A stretch of 64,000 nt of DNA from Lama glama (Eukaryota), in assembly GCA_028534125.1 (NCBI GenBank), contig CM052817.1:37822001-37886000 (forward strand), written 5' to 3'. A program made the translations under genes and the position numbers. The notes under the pieces are model-generated. The model was not told where the DNA came from and made no database searches. It saw only the letters and a list, made by a program, of their open reading frames with translations. Of this stretch, positions 36,681 through 47,370 are shown piece after piece (positions within the stretch are counted from its first letter, which is position 1; each line of letters begins with the position of its first letter).

Positions 36681-39600
36681 ATGGTAGGTGGCTCTTTGCT
36701 CATTCTGGGTTCTAACCTGGTTTTTGGAGGGTGGGGTGATGTCTGTTGGTTGCTCCAGGTGGGGCGGGAGAGTGAACGTGGGAGAGGGGGGCAGAGATGG
36801 GGTGGAAAGCAGATTAATGAAGTGAACTGTCTCTGAGGCTAGAAGCCACCAGCCTTTCCTTCTGTGCGGAGCATCTCTCTCTAGACTTGGGCGTGTTGAG
36901 ACCTTTCTGTTTGGAATGAGGGTTGGCAGAGGGTGGGAGGGAGCATTTTTATTGTGACCAGGGGTTTTTTAAACCAATGCAGAGCTACAGAAGAGAAAAG
37001 AAAACCAGAGACAGAGAACAGCTGTGCTTGTTAGAAGTGCCGACCTCAGTCCCATAGCTAAGAAATGTTGTAGGTTCCATGAAACATTAAAAAATCATAT
37101 CTTTAAGTTACGCGTTTATGGTTGCTTCCTGAGAAATGTTACATAAATAAATATTTTGGGACATATTTACATACTGCAGTAGGGAATGGTATTTTTGTAT
37201 TTTAGTTGCAAAACTAACGGCATTACTCTTGCAGAGACACTCTGGACTAAATTTGGTGTGGGGAGAGGAACACAGAACAGGGGTCAGGTTAGAGATCAGA
37301 GGAAACATTACCACTGCAGTCACACAGGTAAGGGGTCCCTTTAAGAAAGTGATCTCCAAGTCACAGTAGGCAGCTTTTTTTTTTTTTTTCCTTTATGGCA
37401 TGGTTCCCAGGTACTCTGTACTGGGATACTGTGTCCCCTAGAAATGTCAAAGCTCATTTGGAAAAAAAGATACATCATCAGAAATGAGCTTGACAATATA
37501 TTTATCAGAATTTATGTATTTGTGCCTGCAGCAAAATAAATGTGATTTATTGGAAAATCTTCAAGTAAATCAAGGCTAGAGATATTTCAAGAAAATTACA
37601 TACACATATATATATTTTTCCCCTTTCTATTTAAATCTAGAGACCGAGTCTCTGCTTTTACCCCTTAAAACATAACTGCCCAGGGTACTGCAATTTGGCC
37701 ACAGGAAAAGAATGGCTTATCCCATGGCAGTCAGCTCTGAAGCAATCACAGGGTTGTTTACATGGGCTGTCTTTGCTGCAGAGCCTGACAGCCTCTGTAC
37801 GGCAGCCCTGCCTGCTTATGGTGTGTTGACGATAACTTTTTGTGAACGAACCAGAGAGAGGCAGGCTAAGTCCTCTGGGACAGGCCACAGTTCAGACTGA
37901 AGGAAAATGGGTCTAAGTGCACCAGGCATTGCCAGCTCAAGGTCCAATTTCTCCTTCCGTCCCTAGTCTGCTAGTTGTCAGACCCCGGAAGAGCTCACAG
38001 AATGCTGATCTACGTATTTAAAATGGTTGCAGGAATGGCTATTTCTCTCAGAAAGGCGTCTGTAAATTTTCTGCCTTAGGTGATGTTTGTGTTGTAAACA
38101 TAGAGAGTGATGCTGGAGCTCATGAATGAGCTCGCAAGCTTCGGACTCCGCTTTGGAGCCATTGGATTGTAGGGGCCGGACAGTTCTGGATGTAGCAGTT
38201 TTGCTGCCTCTGGTATGTATTCCCTTCTCCGCCTTGATCTCACTCTTAAAACTGACATAAAGTACTGGATTAGCTTTTTTTTTTTTTTTTATCACCTAGC
38301 GCAAACTAGATTTTCTCTCCCTCACAACAGAATTAGAAAATCAGATGACAAAGGTGGTTTGACCTTAGATATCAAAGAATCTTCCTGCTTCCTCATTTGC
38401 ATATCACTCCCTCCTGTTGTTGCAAAGTATCTTAATTTGACAATCTCCTGGTGTTACAAAATCTTCACAGTTTTCTTCATAAAGAGATTCTTGATGATGA
38501 GGCAGTAAGGCATTTTATGTAGAGTGGGAAAAATCTGCTGCCTGCAGCTTCCTGCTTGCCTGCCCTAGAACGGCATCTGCTGTGGGAAGGAGTGTGTGCC
38601 GTGCTGGAAGGGGATGTTTACGAACAGACCCCAGAGGGACCAAGTGTGTTTTCACTGTATTGTCTGGTACGTCTGCAGCTGTTAGTATTTAATGGTTTCA
38701 TAGTATGTGGTCAATATTTTTCAAGGTTAGAATGAACTGAGAATTGATTGTGGGTGCCATAAAATATCTGTATATTTTTAAATTACAGGAAAATTCATAG
38801 GATTCCTGTAGGAATATCATAAGCAAAAGGAATCTGCCTAATTTAAGTAATGTGAAAAAGCCTCTCATATTTAAAGGTAAAGCCTCTCGTATTTAAAGGG
38901 AGGTTCTCCCTTTTTTAAGTTCTTTTTTTTTTTTGTGGCTTTATGTAAATGAATCTTAGTGGAAAAGTCTTTTAATACTGATAATAAAAGATAAAGACAA
39001 ATTGAGTTTTTCTTGTTTGTTAAGCACAAGGACAGATGCTCTCCCTTCCTGCCTGTGTTCTGGCTGCAGGTCACATTTGTAGCCCTAAGACTTTACATGG
39101 AATTGCTGTGTTCAAATCGAATAATTGCTTAGCTGCTAATGAGAATAATCGACTCAAAGCAAGAGAGGCTTCCTTCAATTAGAATAACATTTTAAATTCT
39201 TTATCCTTTGCCCTCCTATTTGCTCTGGCAGTCTCTTTTAAGCATTTGCTTGGACATTGCAACACTTAGGCAGAAAGAGGCATGAAGTGTCCAGGGATGA
39301 CATGAAAGGAGTACAGGCTGTGTTTGCTGCAGGCTGAGTGCCTCCTTCCACCACACATGTATCTCTCCCACCTCCTCCTGAGGACCCAGGACTCGTGGGA
39401 GAAGTTGGGCCTGGAGACTGCTGGGGGAGACGCTAATGCAGAAAGAACAGAATCCATTTGTTTCCTTAGCATATTAGATACATTTATTGCATTACATAAG
39501 CCTAAGATGAGACACTGCTGCTGATTCAGATAAAAGATCATGCTGCATATTGATTGAAAGAGAAAATGTGATTTAGAATTGGAGCTTGGATTCTCAGAAA

Positions 39601-40194
39601 TTTACCTGTCTGTACATATTTTCATAGCAAAGTTGTAAGGTTTTGACTAAAGATTTTTCAGTTTGAGTACATTTTATCCTTATAAGAAAAATCAAGGCAA
39701 AGAGGGGCAAAGTGGAAAATCTCTTATGTTTTAGATTCTACCCCCCCGCCCCATTTAATGGAAGAGAACTCTATTTCTAATTATGAATCTCAGTAGAAAC
39801 TCTAAATGGAGACTTCAGATAATACTGAAAATGCCTTGATCAAAAGAAAAGTTTTTAGTTGGAAAGGGGACTGCAAGTTTATAATTTTGATAGAGGATTT
39901 TCTAGTTGAATTGACATTTTAGATTCATAATGAGTCGCTATGGCCTTTCTCACTGATCTTATCCCTGGTGACTAGGAGATGTGAAACCCATAAGCTTATA
40001 GAACTAATGCTCCAAGAAGTGGAAATTAAAGTTTTGAATGGAAGAAGAAAGGACTGAAGTTTGCTTAGAAGCGTTCCCAACCAGTAGCTGCTCCAAAACT
40101 CCATATGGTGTGCAAATGTGAAGTGAAGTTCTCCCCCAGGGCCATCAGGCATTTGCAGAGTACCCTGCTTGGTAATAAACAGGAGTTTTGCTAT

Positions 40195-40232
<38 letters not shown>

Positions 40233-41925
40233 AGCACGCGTGTGTGAGTGCATGTGTTTATGTGTGAGAGAGAGAGCGAGGAAGCAGGGAGATAAACCCC
40301 CCACCCCACAACTCAGCAATGACTTAAATACAGTAGGAATTCATCTTAGCAACTTGTCTTCATAGAAGTAAAACTGCCTCCTGGTTTTTGGATGTTAACC
40401 TGCCTGGGTGCTCCATGTGCTTTCTGAAAATGAGTTTCTTAAAGTAATTGTCTTCTTCTCATACATCAGAGATAGGATCTGAAAGTTTGACAGCGAGGTA
40501 AGGCTCAGGCCTGTGTATTTGGCGTATTTATTCAGTGTCTTTGCTTCCTCTGTCACAGCGCTTACCACACGCACTGCAGTAACTGCCTGTTCCTGAGTTT
40601 CCTGTGTTCTCTACTGCATCATCTCTGTCAGGGACTGACTGTGTCTGCCTCGCACATAGTAGAGACACAATCGATACTCCTTAGATGACTGTCTCCCATG
40701 TACAGGGCTAAGTTCTACAGGTGAAAGAGTTTGGGAAACTGTAATGCAGCATTTCTGCCATTTGGAGTTCATAATTGTTTATGGAGATGAGATTAATTAA
40801 CAAAGATGGTGTATGATCAAGGGCCCATATTCAATAAATATAATAGAGATTTGGAGAAGAAAGAAGCCCACTCCTCTGAGATGGCGGTAGGCCACATTGG
40901 GATGGTGGGGTTGGGCGGTGGTGGGGAGATGTGGTGGGGGAGGAATTCCGGCAGCAGTTGTAAGCACTTGGCCGGGAAAGGGACTCTTCCTTGGGGCAGA
41001 GAGGACGTTTATTTGGGGAATGGTGACCATACTTTCTAAACTAGAAATCAAAAGTTGTGGTTTGATAATGGGTAGAACATTCATTGGAAACTGGCATACT
41101 CCTGGAGAATCTGGTCCAGTATAATGTCAAAAAGTAACAGTTGCAGATTGAAGTTACAGACCCACTTTTGTAACTAGATCAAATTATGGGAAAACATACA
41201 TACATGCATCTCATTGTAGCTTCAGACCAATTTGAGTTTGGTTTTATTATATCTCACATGCTTTAGAGATGTTCGAACTTCTCCACCTCCTTTTATCCAT
41301 AGCTTTTTAACCTGTTGTTCCATATGAACCCATTGAAATGCAATTGATTTACAATGTTTCTTCCTTCCTTCCTTTGTTTTTTTTTTTTTTTTTTTTTAAT
41401 AATGGAGACACTGGGGATTGAACCCAAGACCTCGTGCATGCTAAGCATGTGCCCTACCACTAAGGTATAATACCCATCTCCAAGCCCATTGTTCTTCTGT
41501 GAGAACAGATTGTGCAAACATATAACAGTGGAGCTGTCCCAGTTGAAGCTGAATAGGGTGCCTTCTATCACAAAACCAAAGCCATATCAACCAAGTTGAC
41601 AATTACTAATTGGGCTTATGTTCAGATTTTAAAATATCCAGCTATTTTGGTGTTGATAACACCAAAGTCCTTGTGTTTGTGATAAATTTGAACAGAGTAA
41701 ACTACCTTGAGATGTTTTATTCCCTCTCTCTGCATCCTTCAACCCATAACTCATTGTTTTTGTCAATGTTCTTATTTTCTAAATGCAGGTGAAATCCCCA
41801 TTTAAATATTAAAATCAAACTTGACCCTGTTTTTGCTTTGATTTTAGGCTAGCGTGAGAAATACCAACGGCAGGACCATCTCAGATCTTTGTTATGGCAA
41901 CTCAGGCAAGAAGCTGTTGAATTAG
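36681..41925 (+). CDS. Candidate spliced uORF, 26 aa (36681-36683 joined to 41848-41925)
   Basis: ATG|GCT... gives MASVRNTNGRTISDLCYGNSGKKLLN*; context GGAATGG. Confidence 0.45.
38080..38212 (+). other. Candidate alternative 5'-UTR exon of MAPK10
   Basis: Acceptor aaattttctgccttag|G, donor CTG|GTATGT, CpG-retaining non-repeat sequence between exons A and B. Confidence 0.4.
40197..40275 (+). repeat. (TG)n/(GA)n compound microsatellite
   Basis: Directly visible. Confidence 0.9.
41377..41481 (-). mobile_element. Vic-1-type tRNA-Ala-derived SINE
   Basis: poly-T then ctggggattgaacccaagacctcgtgcatgctaagcatgtgccctaccact. Confidence 0.85.
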
Positions 41926-41962
41926 AACCATTTCCTATAGATGAGAAACCATACAAGCAGTG
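41848..41962 (+). other. MAPK10: MAPK10 5'-UTR exon B (115 nt)
   Basis: Acceptor ctgtttttgctttgattttag|GCTAG, donor GTG|GTGAGT; matches recalled human leader (...gatgagaaaccatacaagc.gtg) that precedes the first coding exon. Confidence 0.85.
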
Positions 41963-42355
41963 GTGAGTTGCAAATTTAAAAATGTTCCTTGGCAGGAAAC
42001 ATGTGGTCTATGTAACCAATTTAAATATTGCATGTAATTTAGTGTATGGATCTGAAAAAATACTGCTCCAAATACTGCTCCAAATAATGTCAACTAAAGA
42101 AGTGAAAATCAATAAGACAGAATGTTTAACTTATAGTGTGATGCTATTAATACCACATGTAGGAGCTTGAGGTCTTTTCGTGCATGAGTGCATCATACAA
42201 AACCCTAAGTAAGATGGCTGCAATGAACAGTTTCATGTGGCTGAGTAACAGATGGGTAACAGTGTTTTTGCAACATAATTCTAGTTTTTACTGATTTGTC
42301 CCCTCTGGTAAAAGAATTGGTTCTGAGATACATTATAATGCTTAATTCCTTTTAG

Positions 42356-42356
<1 letters not shown>

Positions 42357-42406
<50 letters not shown>

Positions 42407-42410
42407 CACA
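42357..42410 (+). repeat. (CA)n(TA)n microsatellite
   Basis: Directly visible. Confidence 0.95.
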
Positions 42411-43169
42411 TTCCTATATAAATATATAGGAGTATATATAAGAATGTAATATATACTAACATAACATTCAGATCTTTAGAAATAAGGGAAGATAGATCAT
42501 AAAATTCAATTTATGGACATTTAGCCTACAAATTGTTTGCTTAATAAAAGCAGTATTAAAAATAGATCCAGTTGCTTTGCTAGTTGGAATAATTGTAAAA
42601 CTGTCTTGTTATTTAATAAAAATATCAGCACACACAGGCCAAATATATTTTTTAATCAAATACTTGATGCTTCAGAGTCACCAATGTCAATAATCAATAG
42701 ACTCCAGCAGAAACAAACCAGTCATAATCTGTCAAACTATATTTTAAGAGAAATAGAATATGACAGTGGTGCCTGTAAGACTCCAAAAGAAGCTGTTTTG
42801 AACTGGTGACCAATATTTCTCTTTCATTTATTTAGTGGCTTATGTAACTCTGGGTATGTAGGCTGCCCTTTGAATTAATGCATTACCTATAACTGCAGAG
42901 GACTGATGAAATTAACCTTATATTTATTTCACACCATGATTCTCATTACAGTCTGCTTACAATTATATTGAGATCTCAGATATAATAGTCATCACTACGC
43001 TGTGCTTAATCAATATGTATTAAACAAATGTTAGTTAGAAGGAGAATCATATGTAATTGCCAATAATTAACCATTTTGATTTAAAATAAGGGTGATTTTA
43101 TGTGGCTGACCTTTGAGTTATGTGTCACGCCTAGTGTTGTAGAAAACATATATTGCTTCGTCTTAAACA

Positions 43170-43735
43170 TGTATTCATTAAGGAAACGTTTATTGCAAAT
43201 CTGTGGTGTAAATATCATCCTTAGCTCTTGGGACAGATAAAAAAAGAAGGTACCTGCCTTAATGGAGCTTTGTTTAAAGAATGTTGCACTTATAATAAAA
43301 TATGCCATTAAAAAGGGAGTTGTTTCTAAAGAGTGTGGCACTTATCCACTGCTATTAAATGGGTAGACACAGGGTGCTAAAGAATGCACAGCGGAGGAGA
43401 GTCTAAGACAGACGGGATGGGGATTTGTCAAGGAAGGCTTCATATTTTAGCTGAATGTTAAGGACAGAGATTAAGCTAGAAGAGGTTAGCTAGAAGAAGG
43501 GGAACAATGAGAACATTTTTCAAGGGCCCAGAGGCTTGAGAGAGCATGATTGGGGCACTAGATGTCATTTGCTGTGCTGGGGCATAAATGCGGGTGGTAG
43601 AAATAAAGCTGAAGAGGGGTACAGGAGATATACCATGAAGGTTCTTTTAGATAAAACTAAGGAGTTTGTATTTTATTCCAAAATAAGGAACCTTTGAAAG
43701 ATTTTAAGTAGAATGACATAATTAAACTTATTTTC
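43170..43735 (-). mobile_element. L2 fragment
   Basis: caaggaaggcttc..., caagggcccagaggcttgagagagcatg, taaggagtttgtattttattcc. Confidence 0.65.
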
Positions 43736-43739
43736 TAGT

Positions 43740-44750
43740 AAATATCATGCACCTAAAAAGAGTGTCTAAAACACATGCAGTTTAAAGGATAATTATCAAG
43801 CAAACCTCATATAACCACCATTTATATTAAGGAATAACTCCCAATAAACCCTTTGTGCTCCCTTAAGATCATGTGCTTTTCCTTCCCCGCTAGGGGTAAC
43901 CACCAGCCAGTGCCCTACCTCTTGTCACACTCATTCCCTTGCTTTTCTTTGCAAGTTTTCAATCTTGTAATCGTTACAGTATATATATATATATATTCTT
44001 AGTCACCTGATTTTGCTAAACACTGTAAGATTCTTCTGTGTTGATGCATATAGTTTATTCATGCAACTTGTATAATAATCTATACAAGTATTATATAGTA
44101 TATTATATAATTATATTATAAAATAAGTTATATAGAATATATATATACTTGTATAGAATACTATCAAGTATGTATATTTTATATAGGTATATATAGTATT
44201 CTATTCATCAGTATATGAATATGCTGAAATTGACTTATCTGTTCCACTATTGATAGACATTTGGATTGTTTCCATATTACTTATTTGTGTGTGTGTGTAT
44301 CAACCTGAGTTATTTATATATAAATATAATAAATAAATGTATATATATCTAAATAAAACTATTAAGTATATATATGATCCTTTTATGCATATAGATATTA
44401 TTGCTCATAGATTCTAGTATACATATGTGAGTTTCTCTAGGATATACATTTTAAGGAAAGGAACTACTGAGTTTTGGGGTATATGCACATTCAGTTTTTC
44501 TAAATAATGTCAAATATTTTTCCCAACTGGTTGCATCAATTTATATTGCCATCAGCAATACATAAGAAGCTCTATATCCTCACTACCGCTTGGTTTTTAA
44601 GTTCTTTAAAGTTGCTAATCAGGTAGGCACCTAATTGTACTCATGGAAGTATTAATTTGCATTTTGCTGATTACTAATGAAGAAGACTATCTTTTCATTT
44701 TTTACTGGCCATTTGATCTTTTTTTGTGAAGTACCTGCTCAAGTATTTAT
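43740..44750 (-). mobile_element. Old L1M fragment with AT-rich expansions
   Basis: tgatagacatttggattgtttcc; atttgcattttgctgattactaatga. Confidence 0.7.
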
Positions 44751-44767
44751 GAGATTTTTCCTTCAAA

Positions 44768-44965
44768 ATAATAACTAGCATTTACCGAGCTCTTACTGTG
44801 CAGTAGGCACTGGGCTAAGCACTTTACAAACATTTAATCTTCATATTATCCCTATGATTTATAGATAAGGGAACTTTAGGTTTAAAGAAGTTAAATAACT
44901 TGCTGACAATCACAACAAAGAAACAGTGGATTTCGCATTTAAGCCCAGGTCTTTCTGACTCCAGA
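44768..44965 (-). mobile_element. MIR SINE
   Basis: tttaccgagctcttactgtgcagtaggcactgggctaagcactttaca...tttaagcccaggtctttctgactccaga. Confidence 0.75.
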
Positions 44966-45959
44966 ATTCTTCAATTTTTTGAATAGTGTTTGGAAGAGGA
45001 TTAGATTAGAGCTAAGGATAACTTGTAAGGTGCTATTGCAGGAATCCAGCTGAAAAATAATAAGGGCATAAACCAAAGAATCATCAGAGTAGAACATAAG
45101 TACAAAGCAAGTGGACTCAGTAATGAATGTTGAGGGTGAAGAAGAGGGAAGATTTTAGAAGTCTCAAGTTTGAAGACTTGTTTGCTAGGTTGATTCAATA
45201 TTAGTCACACAATGTACATTTATATTCCAGGTATTGTGTTAGGTTTTAAGAATACATTTTATGACTCCTTGATTCAGTGAGACATAAATTTAATTCATAG
45301 GGTTATGAAGTTTAGGATCTAAAAAGACCACAGTATTTATTTGCGTCAACTCTTTACTATTTTAAAATGTGGAACCTGGTGTGAAAAGAGGTTAAGTGGC
45401 TTGTTCAAGATCACATGTTACCATCAGATTAAGAATAGGCCCTAAACTTGCAAAGATTGCAAAGAAAAGCAACTTGCCTGCTTCTAAAAAATTAGTAAGT
45501 TAAAGCAAAATCAACTTACTTTATCTCCCAAACATTTTTCATGCCACTTCCCTTTGAAATAAATCTATTGCTACTGCCAGAATTGCCCTCATCATCATTG
45601 TTAGCAGGTTTATTATTGTTATCATTAGTCTAGCATAGGATCTTCTTGCCCATGATTCTCCCAATGAAACCACCAGATCTGATTTGCAGTTGTTGCCATA
45701 TATCTGCCCTGCGTACCCTGCCCTGATACGCTCCATTGCCTATGTAATAAATTCCCTTCTCCTTAAAATATACCATTGTGCCATCCACCTCCAATTTAGG
45801 AACTGATGATCTCTCCAATAGCCTGGGGACACCAACGTGCTTCAGTCTCATCACACACTCAAGTGCTTCTTACTTCTGTGATTTACTTCATACTGTCTAT
45901 TCTGTCAGTAATCACCCCATCTATCCTTTACTTAGCCACTAGTCATCTTTTAAGACCTT

Positions 45960-46113
45960 TGTGTTTCAAAGGGTGGTCTGGGGACCAGGAGCCTGTACAT
46001 CATCTGAGAGATTGTCTTGATCATAATTGCAACATCTCAAGTCCCACCTAGAACTACTGACTCAGAAGCTTTTGAACAAGATTCTCAGGTGATTTAAAGT
46101 TTGAGAGGAGCTG
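45960..46113. mobile_element. MER5A-like hAT MITE
   Basis: tttcaaagggtggtc...cccacctagaactactgactcagaa...aaagtttgaga. Confidence 0.65.
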
Positions 46114-46119
46114 CTTAGG

Positions 46120-46370
46120 CTGACTTTAGACTTCATTAGATGTTATCTCCTTCCAGAAACCTTTCCTGACTCCTTCCATTAAGCATCCCTTCCTGGTGTT
46201 CTCACGGTAGCCAGTGTATGTCTTTCTCACTGCATTACCGGTGTTTCGTTAACTGTTTTTATGTCTGTCTCTCTACCTTAGACTGTGAATAATTTGAGCC
46301 AGATCTAATTATCTTTGACTTTTCCATGCCTAGCACACTTAGTATTACATGACTATTTGTTGAATGGTTA
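46120..46370 (+). mobile_element. L2 3' end
   Basis: ctccttccagaaacctttcctgac...ttagactgtga...atttgttgaatg. Confidence 0.65.
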
Positions 46371-46839
46371 AAAGACAGATGAAAAAGCAAGATGTGTATG
46401 TGTGTGTGTGTGTGCGCGCGCGCGCACATGTGTATAGCAGAGGCAGGAAAGAGAAAAAACAAGGAGAAAAAAAAAAAACATAGCCAAAGGGACTTTGTAG
46501 AGAAATAACTAGACTACGAAAGACATACGAAAAGTTGTATGTCTGAATATGGCCTGGAAAGCAGCCTGACAGAGAGTCTACAATCTTATTTAAGTAGATA
46601 AGGTGATAAATATGAACATTGTTTGCAAAATCCTTCAGAATCAGTGATTACCTTAATTTCTCATAATTTCTCATATAATAGTATGGTTATGTTATTGTGG
46701 TTGAGTAAATTTTGCCAAAATTTGTTTTATTTTACTAAACAAAGTGTCTTACCATCCTTTTAACTAGTCAGAAACTGTTTGGAATATTGTGTGAAAGAGG
46801 AGAGAGGATGCTGGTTGGTTTTGAAGTTGCACAGGAGAC

Positions 46840-46890
46840 AGAAGTAAGAGGCCACTGAGTAGAAGTAAGAGGCCACTGAGTAGAAGTAAG
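46840..46890 (+). repeat. 21-bp tandem repeat (2.4 copies)
   Basis: agaagtaagaggccactgagt x2 plus agaagtaag. Confidence 0.95.
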
Positions 46891-47149
46891 CACTGTATAT
46901 AATGGGACTTTCTGGTGATTAAAATGATTTGTCAGTCTGTGCTTTTTGAAAAGTAGAAAACTTGCCAGCATTGCAAGTATTTAACTATTTTCATGGTCAA
47001 CCAAATATCAAGAACTTTTTAGAGATGCTGCTACTTTATATGAGGGATTGAACTAAGTGACCTCTAAGGTCTAAGGTCTGTATGAATTATGTGTCTATAT
47101 TTGTTCAAAGAGGTGCAGGAAGATGAGAGTTATAATAAAGATTATAATA

Positions 47150-47370
47150 GTGGATAACATTTATTGAGTGATTTCTTTGTGCCATGCACTGTTCAAAGCG
47201 CTTTGCATGCACTGATTTGTTTAATCGTCCCTGAAATCCTACTAAGCATTTACATGTCATGAAGCTGAAACATTGGAGGTTTAGTAACTTGACATAGGTC
47301 ATGCAACTAGTGGTGGTAAACCCAAGGAATCCATTTCTGGAGCACTTCCTCTTTTATTACCATATGGTAT
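47150..47370 (-). mobile_element. MIR SINE
   Basis: aacatttattgagtg...gtgccatgcactgttcaaagcgctttgcatg. Confidence 0.7.

Larger units (their letters stand above)
36240..36683 (+). other. MAPK10: MAPK10 (JNK3) 5'-UTR exon A (5' start approximate)
   Basis: Matches my recall of the human MAPK10 mRNA leader (ccacaatggtacaggcagcatcacgctgcacaatggtttccaggcag...ggggcaaacactgc...cacggaatg); donor ATG|GTAGGT at 36683/36684. Confidence 0.8.

Noticed and set aside
40470..40497. 28-nt microexon (cag|AGA...GAG|gtaagg)
   Set aside because: The splice motifs are plausible, but such pairs arise by chance in long introns and I have no other support.
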